A stretch of DNA of 51,956 bases from Candidatus Micrarchaeia archaeon. GTDB taxonomy: Archaea; Micrarchaeota; Micrarchaeia; Anstonellales; J096. The position numbers and the translations under genes are program-made. Below, in pieces: positions 42,274 through 51,205 of the stretch. Every line of letters begins with the position of its first letter. The stretch's first letter is position 1. A model generated the notes under the pieces. It searched no databases. It had not been told where the DNA came from and saw only the letters and a program-made list of their open reading frames with translations. Location: NCBI GenBank assembly GCA_041500405.1, contig JBGQMB010000002.1, positions 1 to 51,956 on the forward strand. Reading direction: 5' to 3'.

Positions 42274-43667
42274 TGACATGATGAGTAAGAAATCCCAAGT
42301 GCTTTAGCTGTGGGATGAAAGCTAACAATATGTAGAAAAAAGCAAGGTTTTATCCAAAATGCGCCGATAAACCTCACATCTTCTTTAATGGTAAGAATAT
42401 ATCACAAACATGTTTGGCAATGAGGCCTGCAATTCTTTATAAATGCCAAAAAACCAAAGAATTAAGGGACAATAAATGAGATCTTACAAATTCAGGAGAT
42501 ATCCGAGCAAAACACAGGAAGAAAAAATGCGTGAGCACCTTTGGATAGCAAAAGAATTATGGAACAGGATGCTTGAGGCAACGATAAAAAAGTATAATTT
42601 AGAAAAGAAGTTCTATTCAAAATCAGAGCTTCAGTTCATGACCAAAAACAGCGGTCTATATTCCCAAACAGCTCAGGGGGTAGCACATAGGCTGGATAGA
42701 GCCTTGAAAGCGAAAATGCGCATGAAAAAGAAGGAAGAAAAAGGCGGCTTCCCGCGCTTCAAATCCTTTTTCAAAATGAAAAGTCTCTTTTATCCGCAAT
42801 CTGGCTTTTCTCTTGGCAAGAAACTGAAAGTAAGCCCATTTGGGGAAATAAGCATAAAGAAGCATAGAGAGATAAAAGGAAAGATCAAAACTCTCACGAT
42901 AAAGCGTATGCCGTCTGGCAAATGGTTTGCAGTTTTCTGTGCTGAACAGGAACAAAAGTCAATAAGAGAAAACAATGGAATACAGATTGGGATAGACCTC
43001 GGCTTGAAGACTTTTGCCGCTCTTTCAAATGGAATGACCATCGCTAACCCAAGGCACCTGAAAAGATATGAGAATAAGCTTGCGTCTCTCCAAAGGAAGG
43101 TTTCAAAAAGGGAAAAATGCAGCGGAAAAAGAAGGAAAGCAAACCTGAAAGTTGAACGCTTGCATGAAAAGATAGCTAACACAAGGAAGGATTTCTTGCA
43201 TAAAACGTCAACGCAATTGGTAAATAATTATTCCCTTATAGCGTTGGAGAAGCTTGCCAGCAAGAAAATGGCAGGTCAGAATTTGGGAAAGTTAATCAAT
43301 GACGCCGGATGGGGAATGTTCGCGAACATGATTCGCTACAAGGCTGAAAGTGCTGGTTGTGAAGTTGTGTTTGTGGATCCGGAGAATACTACGCAAGAGT
43401 GCAGCAGCTGCGGTCAGATAGTAAATAAAGAATTACACGAAAGAACGCATAACTGTCCGTTCTGCGGTCTTTCTGTAGATAGGGATTTGAACGCATCAAT
43501 AAACATACTCAAAAGAGCTACCGCCGGGCAGGCGGGAAGTAACGCTTCTGGAGACGGAACAAGAATTCCGTCATTGAAGGAAGAAGCCCACGCCTTTTAA
43601 GGATAGGGCTTGTCACAAAAACAACAGTTGAAGCTTAATCATGTCAAATACCACCTAAAAGATTAAG
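42274..43667 (+). mobile_element. IS200/IS605-superfamily TnpB-only element (boundaries approximate)
   Basis: A+T-rich relative to its flanks. TGACATGAT..TAAG at 42274-42289 is mirrored by CTTAATCATGTCA at 43634-43646. There are hairpins at 42292-42316 (ATCCCA...TGGGAT) and 43634-43667 (CTTAATC...GATTAAG). No tnpA is present. Confidence 0.55.
42476..43600 (+). CDS. tnpB: TnpB (IS605 OrfB family) RuvC-like, probably RNA-guided, nuclease
   Basis: 374 aa. N-terminus YKFRRYPSKTQEE. RuvC-I IGIDLGLKTFAALSNG, RuvC-II IALEKL, zinc finger CSSCGQ...HNCPFCG, RuvC-III DRDLNASINIL. Confidence 0.9.
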   Translation: MRSYKFRRYPSKTQEEKMREHLWIAKELWNRMLEATIKKYNLEKKFYSKSELQFMTKNSGLYSQTAQGVAHRLDRALKAKMRMKKKEEKGGFPRFKSFFKMKSLFYPQSGFSLGKKLKVSPFGEISIKKHREIKGKIKTLTIKRMPSGKWFAVFCAEQEQKSIRENNGIQIGIDLGLKTFAALSNGMTIANPRHLKRYENKLASLQRKVSKREKCSGKRRKANLKVERLHEKIANTRKDFLHKTSTQLVNNYSLIALEKLASKKMAGQNLGKLINDAGWGMFANMIRYKAESAGCEVVFVDPENTTQECSSCGQIVNKELHERTHNCPFCGLSVDRDLNASINILKRATAGQAGSNASGDGTRIPSLKEEAHAF

Positions 43668-44002
43668 TGGGTTTTTGATTATGTCATTGTAGGCTTTATT
43701 ATATACCCCAATCGTTCTCTGCAAAGACAGCCTCTTGTCAAACGGAATTTTCAGGATTTGCTTTATAGATATGTCATCATTGATATATCTATTTAATAAT
43801 CTTATAGTTCTAACAGACGATGTGGAAAAATTATCATCGTATGCAGAATACGGGATTAGTTATCATTTTATATGGTTTACTGGATATAATATTATTGCAA
43901 CAGAGGGTGTTTCTACTGAAACTATTAATCAATATACACAAGAACAGGAGAACTGCAATTCCTCTCCTTGTTTAAACGAGGGATCTCCTTAGAGGTGATT
44001 TT

Positions 44003-45766
44003 ATGAAGGCAAGCGAGCTGAAGCAGAAATACCTTGAGTTCTTCAGGCAGAAGGGCCATGCGATAATCGCCTCTGCGCCAATAGTCCCGGAAAACGACCC
44101 GACAGTGCTTTTTACGACCGCGGGAATGCACCCGCTTGTGCCTTATCTCATGGGCCAGCCCCATCCGCTTGGAAAAAGGCTTGTTGATGTCCAGAAATGC
44201 CTTAGGACGCAGGACATAGACGAGGTCGGCGACAACACGCATACCACATTTTTCGAGATGCTCGGCAACTGGAGCCTCGGGGATTATTTCAAGAAAGAGT
44301 CCATAGAATGGAGCTTTGAGTTCCTCACCGGCAAACAGTGGCTTGGAATCCCCAAGGAAAAACTGGCGGTGACATGCTTCGCCGGCGACAAGGACGCGCC
44401 AAGGGACAATGAGGCCGCGGAGATATGGCAAAGGCTCGGCATGCCAAAGCAAAGGATAGCGCTCCTGGCAAAGGAGGACAACTGGTGGGGGCCTGCAGGC
44501 GAAACAGGACCGTGCGGGCCTGACACGGAAATGTTTTTCTGGTCTGGCAAGGAAAAGGCGCCGGCTGTTTACGACCCAAAGGACAAAAAATGGGTTGAGA
44601 TCTGGAATAATGTTTTCATGCAGTACAGCAAGACAAAGGACGGCAGGTTCGAGCCGCTGAAGCAAAGGAACGTTGACACTGGCCTTGGCGTGGAAAGGGT
44701 GGCCATGGCGCTCCAGGGCAAGTCAAACATATTCGAGACCGAGCTTTTCGCACCTATTATAGAGAAGATTGGGAAAATAACCGGCAGGCGCATGGATGAG
44801 TCCAACAAAAAATCGTTCAGGATAATAGCTGACCACATGAGGGCGGCCGTGTTCATACTTGGGGATGAAAGGGGCGTTGTGCCAAGCAACACTGACCAGG
44901 GATACATACTCAGGAGATACATAAGAAGGGTGGTCAGGCACCTTATGCTTCTTGGGATGGGCCAAAAGGACACATCCGCAACAGTTGAAATAGCCAAAAC
45001 GATAATATCGATGTACGGCAAGGAGTATCCGCTGCTGGAACAGAAAAGGAATTTCATATCCGCGGAGCTGCAGAAGGAGCAGGACAGGTTCCAAAGGACG
45101 CTTGCGAACGGACTGAGGGAATTTGAGAGGATGTGCAAAGGCGACATAAGCGGCAAGGACGCGTTCCTGCTTTTCCAGAGCTTCGGATTTCCGATAGAGA
45201 TGACAGAGGAGATGGCAAGGGAAAAGGGCGTTAAGGTTGACTCAAAGGGATTCAAGGATGAACTGGAGAAGCACCAGGCGCTTTCAAGGGTTGGGGCGGA
45301 AATGAAATTCAAGGGCGGGCTGAGCGAGGCAAGCGAGGCCACCTCAAAGCTCCACACCGCGACCCATCTGCTGAACGAGGCGCTGAGGCAGGCTGTTTCA
45401 AAGGACATAAGGCAGAAAGGCAGCAACATAACGCCCGAAAGGCTGAGGTTTGACTTCAACTTTGACAGGAAGCTCACGCCCGAGGAGATAAAAAAGGCAG
45501 AAGAGTGGGTGAACGCAAGGATAAGGGAGAAGATGCCGGTCTCAAGGGAGGAGATGAAGCTGGAAAATGCCAAGGCTGCTGGCGCGCAGGCTGAGTTCGG
45601 GGTAAAATATCCGGAAATCGTCTCTGTTTATTCTATTGGAAAATACTCCAAGGAGATTTGCATGGGGCCGCACGTGGGCAACACGTCGGAGCTTGGAAAA
45701 TTCAGGATCGTAAAGGAGGAAAGCAGCGCGGCCGGCATACGCAGGATAAAGGCAGTGCTGGAATAA
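44003..45766 (+). CDS. alaS: Alanine--tRNA ligase, bacterial type, compact form lacking the C-Ala domain
   Basis: LKQKYLEFFRQKGHAIIASAPIVPENDPTVLFTTAGM, FFEMLGNWSLGDYFK, GPCGPDTEMF, IWNNVFMQY, and VDTGLGVERV. Editing-domain motifs HTATHLL and CMGPHV are present. The protein ends ~30 aa after the latter. GAGGTGA lies 5 nt upstream of the ATG. Confidence 0.9.
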   Translation: MKASELKQKYLEFFRQKGHAIIASAPIVPENDPTVLFTTAGMHPLVPYLMGQPHPLGKRLVDVQKCLRTQDIDEVGDNTHTTFFEMLGNWSLGDYFKKESIEWSFEFLTGKQWLGIPKEKLAVTCFAGDKDAPRDNEAAEIWQRLGMPKQRIALLAKEDNWWGPAGETGPCGPDTEMFFWSGKEKAPAVYDPKDKKWVEIWNNVFMQYSKTKDGRFEPLKQRNVDTGLGVERVAMALQGKSNIFETELFAPIIEKIGKITGRRMDESNKKSFRIIADHMRAAVFILGDERGVVPSNTDQGYILRRYIRRVVRHLMLLGMGQKDTSATVEIAKTIISMYGKEYPLLEQKRNFISAELQKEQDRFQRTLANGLREFERMCKGDISGKDAFLLFQSFGFPIEMTEEMAREKGVKVDSKGFKDELEKHQALSRVGAEMKFKGGLSEASEATSKLHTATHLLNEALRQAVSKDIRQKGSNITPERLRFDFNFDRKLTPEEIKKAEEWVNARIREKMPVSREEMKLENAKAAGAQAEFGVKYPEIVSVYSIGKYSKEICMGPHVGNTSELGKFRIVKEESSAAGIRRIKAVLE

Positions 45767-45822
45767 TCGCGTTTTCTGTTTGCAAAAGCGGTCAAACCTG
45801 ATTGTTTTATGACGGCGGCAAG

Positions 45823-45831
45823 GTATAAAAA
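45823..45831 (+). promoter_or_regulatory. A/T box upstream of the membrane-protein cluster
   Basis: GTATAAAAA is centred ~28 nt upstream of the ATG at 45855. Confidence 0.55.
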
Positions 45832-45854
45832 TGCAACGACCATAAAAGAAAGCG

Positions 45855-47153
45855 ATGCGTCCAATCCGGTTTTCACTGATAGCCATACTGCTTCTTGCCA
45901 TTTGCAATTGTGCGAACCCCCTATGGACAATAAGCGATACCCTTGCTGACAACGTGACGCATATGGCAATCATCGTAGGGCTTGGCACCTTGGTTGGCAT
46001 CGCCATAGCGGTTCTTTCGTATTATGCCGCAATCATCATGAACGATGAAAGGAACAAAGTCGGCGCGATAAGCGAGATAAAATCAACGCTCATAAACCTG
46101 TTGCTGTTTGCCTTCGTAATGGGGGCGATTGTGTCAATAGACAGGTTCTTCGGGGTGCTTGCGCTGGATCCAAGCGCGAACAACATTGCGGCTGCGATAA
46201 CAAACTTGTACGGGGAGAACATAGACTATCTCATGCCTGTGGCAAAACAGATGGTCGGGGTGTATTCAGACGCCTCGCAGGTCAGCGCAAGCTCGTCCTC
46301 CATATCCGGATATGTAGACATTTGGGCCGGCATCAGGATAACAACAAATGTCGGGAGGGTTTCAACCATAACCATACTTGAAAATCTGGCAAATGCGCTG
46401 AGCCAGGCGACCGTAACGGTTGTCTCCATATGCGGGCAGCAGGCGATGATGGCGAACATAATGGGGTATTTTGTGACTGCGTCCTGCCAGTTGCTCCTGC
46501 CATTCGGCTTCTTCCTGAGGGCGATTCCGTATGTGAGAAGGGCCGGCTCCACGCTTGTCGCGATAGGCATAACATTGACGCTGATATACCCTATTGCGCT
46601 GTTCTTTTTGGGAAGCATAATGTTCGGCGTCCAACATGCGGCAATAGATGCCACATTCAGCAACGGCTTCAATCCAGGGGAAGGCACGCTTGCCTCGACC
46701 CTCTCAATGTGGTCAGACAATATCATAGGGATGGCGATATCATACGAGATAGTCGGCAACCTGCTCATTTTCATGAACGTTTTCGTCAAGGGCATCTCTG
46801 CGATGATAGCGACCGCCCTGATCCCATTTTTTGGCTTGGGCTTCCTTCTTGGGGCCGCTTTTAAGAACATTTTCATGATAGCGAACCTCATAATGACTTA
46901 TGGGGCTACTGGCGCAATCTTCACCTGGCACCAGCTGTTGATAAACAACATCAACAGCTTCTTCCTCAACAAAGGCGGGATGGAGGCTGCGGTGGACCTG
47001 GAGTATGACATCGCGATTTTCGGAACCATAGTCAACATGACGCACATTTTGCTGATAGCCGGCGTGGTGCTGACAGTGGTTGGAAGCATAAGGTCATTGG
47101 CCATACTGCTGGGAGGGGAGTTTTTCCTATATGGGCTTCAGGAATATATTTAG
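45855..47153 (+). CDS. Polytopic membrane protein, cluster paralog P1
   Basis: 432 aa. Signal-like N-terminus IAILLLAICNC and many TM helices. Shared family block GFFLRAIPYVRRAGSTLVAIGITLTLIYPIAL. Confidence 0.75.
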   Translation: MRPIRFSLIAILLLAICNCANPLWTISDTLADNVTHMAIIVGLGTLVGIAIAVLSYYAAIIMNDERNKVGAISEIKSTLINLLLFAFVMGAIVSIDRFFGVLALDPSANNIAAAITNLYGENIDYLMPVAKQMVGVYSDASQVSASSSSISGYVDIWAGIRITTNVGRVSTITILENLANALSQATVTVVSICGQQAMMANIMGYFVTASCQLLLPFGFFLRAIPYVRRAGSTLVAIGITLTLIYPIALFFLGSIMFGVQHAAIDATFSNGFNPGEGTLASTLSMWSDNIIGMAISYEIVGNLLIFMNVFVKGISAMIATALIPFFGLGFLLGAAFKNIFMIANLIMTYGATGAIFTWHQLLINNINSFFLNKGGMEAAVDLEYDIAIFGTIVNMTHILLIAGVVLTVVGSIRSLAILLGGEFFLYGLQEYI

Positions 47154-48231
47154 GGCATTGCTTGCGATGCTTGCGGTTTCCGCGGTTTGCTCAGCCCAGG
47201 CCATAAACGAGACTGGAATAGACCTCATAACGAACAATACCATGATGAACATCGCCCAGGGCGGCGACCCCAGCAGCAGCGTAATTTACCTGCTTTTTGC
47301 CCTGGACATAGCGATACTCATCATATACACAATGTACGGATATGTGACGCAAAATGAGAAGGAGCTGATGAACGCAAAGGGCGAGTTCGGCCAGCTTCTT
47401 GTCTCAATCGCAGTCATTGTCCTTGCCTATTTCTTTTTCATAGGCGCGAGCCAGATATTCCTAAGCCAGTTCAACCAGGCAACCGGGTCATCCGCAACAA
47501 GCATGAACGAGTACAACAGCAAAACGTTTGACGCGTTCAGGCTTAGTGCCGAGAAGACCATGGGCACGGCATACAACACCATAGTCTCGTACAGGGCGGA
47601 TGCGTCCGTTCCGACGATGCTTCCAACCATATATACCAATCCCGTGACCATAGTGGCATGCGGATTAATGAGCTGGGGATATATACCCCAGCCGGTGTGG
47701 AACGTAGGCGGCTTTCTGGACTCCATGATACAGTGCGCATTCTCGTTCCAGACGCTAACCATAATGCAGGATGCTTTCAAGGGCACGTACGCTGACGTGC
47801 TGGATATGGAGATGGGCTCCATCATGTCGCCTTTGTTCAATCTCATGGTCTTCATGATACTGCTGGGAAAATTCTTCATAAACGACGCCCTGGTATACAT
47901 GTTCTTCGGGGGCGTGATATTGAGGATGACGCCATGGACAAGGAAGGCCGGCGACCTGATAATACTGGTGTCGCTTGTGGCATACATCTTCTTTCCGTTC
48001 CTTTACGCGGTGTTCCTTGCGGCCGCGCAAAGCGTGAATGTGGAAGCAGACATCTGCTCAAGGCTGGGCAATGATGCGGACCTCCCGCCATTCAATGACT
48101 GCAGCGGGCCGACCGGAATAATGACGCTGGGCAAATATGCGGTGCTGAGCAGCTTTGTTTCTTCAGTTATTCTGGGATTGAGCCTTTCAATACTCAACAA
48201 CTTCAGGAAGGTATTCGAGATGGTGGAATGA
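47131..48231 (+). CDS. Polytopic membrane protein, cluster paralog P2
   Basis: 366 aa. Signal-like MGFRNIFRALLAMLAVSAVCSAQA. Block GGVILRMTPWTRKAGDLIILVSLVAYIFFPFL. 23-nt overlap with P1. Confidence 0.72.
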   Translation: MGFRNIFRALLAMLAVSAVCSAQAINETGIDLITNNTMMNIAQGGDPSSSVIYLLFALDIAILIIYTMYGYVTQNEKELMNAKGEFGQLLVSIAVIVLAYFFFIGASQIFLSQFNQATGSSATSMNEYNSKTFDAFRLSAEKTMGTAYNTIVSYRADASVPTMLPTIYTNPVTIVACGLMSWGYIPQPVWNVGGFLDSMIQCAFSFQTLTIMQDAFKGTYADVLDMEMGSIMSPLFNLMVFMILLGKFFINDALVYMFFGGVILRMTPWTRKAGDLIILVSLVAYIFFPFLYAVFLAAAQSVNVEADICSRLGNDADLPPFNDCSGPTGIMTLGKYAVLSSFVSSVILGLSLSILNNFRKVFEMVE

Positions 48232-50105
48232 AAAGGATGCTGGCTTGCCTTGCGCTTTGCGCGCTGGTCGCAATAGCGTGCGCCAACACCCTGAACACAA
48301 GCCAGGGAATCACGAATATCGGCACAAGCGGCACGTTCGCAGGAAAGGTCGCGAACCTCTTCGTCATAAGCGGGGAGAGGTACAACTGGGTGTGGATATC
48401 GCTTGTGCTTATCGTCATTTCCATACTGATAAACGCCCTGATATACATGCTGGCAAGGACGTTCCAGATATCATACCTGGAGAGCGCATTCAAGCTTGAG
48501 CTGAGAGAGGCGGTGTTCAACATAGTGCTGATACTCCTTTTCGGGCTCTTCGCGCTTTTCCTTGATGCGCTCCTTGCCGCGCCCCTGCTGTGCGACACCC
48601 CGGTAAACTGCGTGGTGGACACGTCCGTAAGCTACATGGACGGGCTGATTGACGCGGCAAAGGACAGGGTTGTCAGCCTGGAAAAGGAGTCCCTGAAAAA
48701 GGTGTCGAGCACGAACATCGGGGGAACCGCCGGCTGGGGAGGGCTTAGCATCGGCTACGTCTACGACATGCAGGGCCTGAACAGGGTGCTTACCCTGGAG
48801 GCAGACGAGATGATAAAGCTCCAGCAGAACGCCGCCCTGACCCTTATCATAGTGAAGATATTCCTGCTATATTTCGCGTACTATATAGGGCCTATGCTCA
48901 TCGTTTTCGGAATGATGCTGAAGTGCTTCTCCATAACAAGAAGGCTCGGCTCCACTATGCTTGCCATAGGGATAGGATGCTCCATAGTGCTTCCGCTGAC
49001 CATAATAGCAATACTGGTGGCGAACGGGGCGATAAGCATACCCGGGGTGCAATACATGAAGCAGGCAGACTGCCCGGACGCATGCACGACTTCAATTGTC
49101 GCATGGAACTCAACCGGCGGGATAGACCTGAATGAGTATATGGACAAGGCGCAGGCAGACACGGCGCGTCCATGGTCAGAGAGACGGGGTATAGTGACAG
49201 GAAGCAAGCTAAGCCTTGCCATAAGCGGGCTTGGCACAGTCAATTCGTGCGAAAACCAGAGCCTGAGCATAAACGCCAGCATGATAAGCACGTACTCATC
49301 AAGCCCGATAAGCATCAACATAAACTTTGTCAGGGCAAACATCACCACGGACTGCCCGTCCAACTGCAGGAGCATACCTTATCCGTATGACATTGCGGAA
49401 TGCAGGGACGCCGAAAGGTCATGCGCTGCGCTTTATGCCGCATCAACGCCAAAAGGAGCCTGCTTCAGGAAGAATTTCGACTATTCCAACCTAAACTACA
49501 CCGTTGTTTACGACGGCCAGCCCATGAACCTCAGCCTTGCGCTGAACAAGAGCGCCTGTTTTACGGTAACCCCGCTCAACATAACCGCAAAAAACAGCCC
49601 GCTGGACTACTGCCCAAGCTCGTGCAGGCTATTCTATTCGGACGGCAGCACGGGATGCAGTGCATCAGACCCTAACTATTTCAACTGCACAGCCATTTAC
49701 CAAAAAGCAACAGGAACAACGAGTCTGGCCCAAGCCACTGCCAAGGCAAAGGGCATATACGGCAACATAACCGCCGAACTGGGAAAAACCAGTCCAAGCG
49801 CCGCGGCCATAACGGCAAACGCGAGCGTAATATCCCTGCCGATATATCCTCTCAACCATCCGGACTGCCTGAAAATCATGAAGCTGTCTGATGACCTGAA
49901 GAGCGCTCCGACATATATCGACTGCAACGGGTGCTTCAGCGAGCAGACGACAACGGCCGGGGCAAAAACGGCAGAAGGCAAGTTCATGGCATACGCGGTC
50001 ATGCTCGGCATCTTCTCCATAGCGATAACCCTTGCCGCCTCTGTGGCCCTTTCAATGGGCCTGGAAGGCGAGATGTTCATACCTGGGCTTGAGAGGCTGC
50101 GCTGA
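48228..50105 (+). CDS. Polytopic membrane protein, cluster paralog P3, with a large Cys-rich ectodomain
   Basis: 625 aa. ATGA overlap with P2. Block GMMLKCFSITRRLGSTMLAIGIGCSIVLPLTI. A ~320-aa insert has 16 Cys and many N-x-S/T sites, and a final TM helix follows. Confidence 0.75.
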   Translation: MKRMLACLALCALVAIACANTLNTSQGITNIGTSGTFAGKVANLFVISGERYNWVWISLVLIVISILINALIYMLARTFQISYLESAFKLELREAVFNIVLILLFGLFALFLDALLAAPLLCDTPVNCVVDTSVSYMDGLIDAAKDRVVSLEKESLKKVSSTNIGGTAGWGGLSIGYVYDMQGLNRVLTLEADEMIKLQQNAALTLIIVKIFLLYFAYYIGPMLIVFGMMLKCFSITRRLGSTMLAIGIGCSIVLPLTIIAILVANGAISIPGVQYMKQADCPDACTTSIVAWNSTGGIDLNEYMDKAQADTARPWSERRGIVTGSKLSLAISGLGTVNSCENQSLSINASMISTYSSSPISININFVRANITTDCPSNCRSIPYPYDIAECRDAERSCAALYAASTPKGACFRKNFDYSNLNYTVVYDGQPMNLSLALNKSACFTVTPLNITAKNSPLDYCPSSCRLFYSDGSTGCSASDPNYFNCTAIYQKATGTTSLAQATAKAKGIYGNITAELGKTSPSAAAITANASVISLPIYPLNHPDCLKIMKLSDDLKSAPTYIDCNGCFSEQTTTAGAKTAEGKFMAYAVMLGIFSIAITLAASVALSMGLEGEMFIPGLERLR

Positions 50106-51205
50106 TGCTTTCACTGTCCGAATACGTTGGCTATGCGGCCGTTGTCATAGTGATGGGCGCGATTTACACCATAATATACATGATAGCGCAGGCACTGGAA
50201 AACCAAAAGCTCCTTGCAGTCGCGAAATCCGAGATGCAGGAGGTCCTGATAGGCGGGTTCATGGTGATTTTGCTGTCTTTCATCATATTCAACGTGGGGC
50301 AGCAGCTCGGGTATTACACGATAAAGTCGTTCGTGCCGGACCTTGACGACAGGTATGCCGGCGCATCAGCGCCGATATCGAACGATTCATTTTTCTTTGA
50401 CAATGCTGACAATCTGCAGAAAGATATCATCGGCGGATACACATCTATATTCATAAGCGCGTCCAAGCTTGCCGGCGACGCGGCATCCGCGAGCTCGGCG
50501 TACATAAGCAGGGGCATAGAGGGCTCGCAGCCGCTGCCTGTTGGAATCAGTAACGGCGCATCCGGCTCCTTGACCACGCACCTTTGCAAGCCGGTCGCCA
50601 TAATAGCCGCGCTTGTCAACGAGATAGCATCCCTTGTCTCAAGGACCATAACGATAATGTCGGCGCAGGACATGCTCGTTACTGCCGCGCGGTTCCTCTA
50701 CGCGCCGTTTTTCATGCTGGGCATAATCCTGCGCTCGTTCAATGTGGTGAGGGGGATAGGGGCATTCTTCATAGGCTTCAGCATAGCCCTTTTCCTGTAT
50801 CCCATATTCCTTATACTCATGGAAGGATACACAATAGAGTATTTCAGCACGATGGGGCTGGACCTGCTGGATTCAACAAGCGTAAGCTCGCTGAACAGCA
50901 ACATAAATACCCTCGGGCACTATGGACGGTTCGGCATATTCAGCAGCGGCAGCTACTGCGACGAGAACCCGAAAGGAGACCTGCAGGATGATATGAACAG
51001 ATATAAGAACCAGCTTGATGCCGGCGTAACGATGAACGCCGGCAACAACATAGCCACAACAGGCTCGCTGATGTTCGCGATGCTGCTGTCGCAGGGCTTT
51101 GCCCTGCTGATGGTGGTTTCGCTGACCGGCGGGATAGCCAAGGTCATGGGATCAGACCTGAGCCCATTCGTAATAGGGAATATAGTAAGGATAAGTGGTA
51201 TGTGA
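50105..51205 (+). CDS. Polytopic membrane protein, cluster paralog P4
   Basis: 366 aa. TGATG overlap with P3. Block LGIILRSFNVVRGIGAFFIGFSIALFLYPIFL. Confidence 0.72.
   Translation: MLSLSEYVGYAAVVIVMGAIYTIIYMIAQALENQKLLAVAKSEMQEVLIGGFMVILLSFIIFNVGQQLGYYTIKSFVPDLDDRYAGASAPISNDSFFFDNADNLQKDIIGGYTSIFISASKLAGDAASASSAYISRGIEGSQPLPVGISNGASGSLTTHLCKPVAIIAALVNEIASLVSRTITIMSAQDMLVTAARFLYAPFFMLGIILRSFNVVRGIGAFFIGFSIALFLYPIFLILMEGYTIEYFSTMGLDLLDSTSVSSLNSNINTLGHYGRFGIFSSGSYCDENPKGDLQDDMNRYKNQLDAGVTMNAGNNIATTGSLMFAMLLSQGFALLMVVSLTGGIAKVMGSDLSPFVIGNIVRISGM

Noticed and set aside
43735-43992. A TTG-initiated 85-codon ORF upstream of alaS.
   Set aside because: The product is I/N/Y-rich low-complexity sequence reflecting A+T-rich DNA. 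It overlaps the alaS ribosome-binding site and has no recognisable motif. I kept it only as part of the non-coding-region finding.
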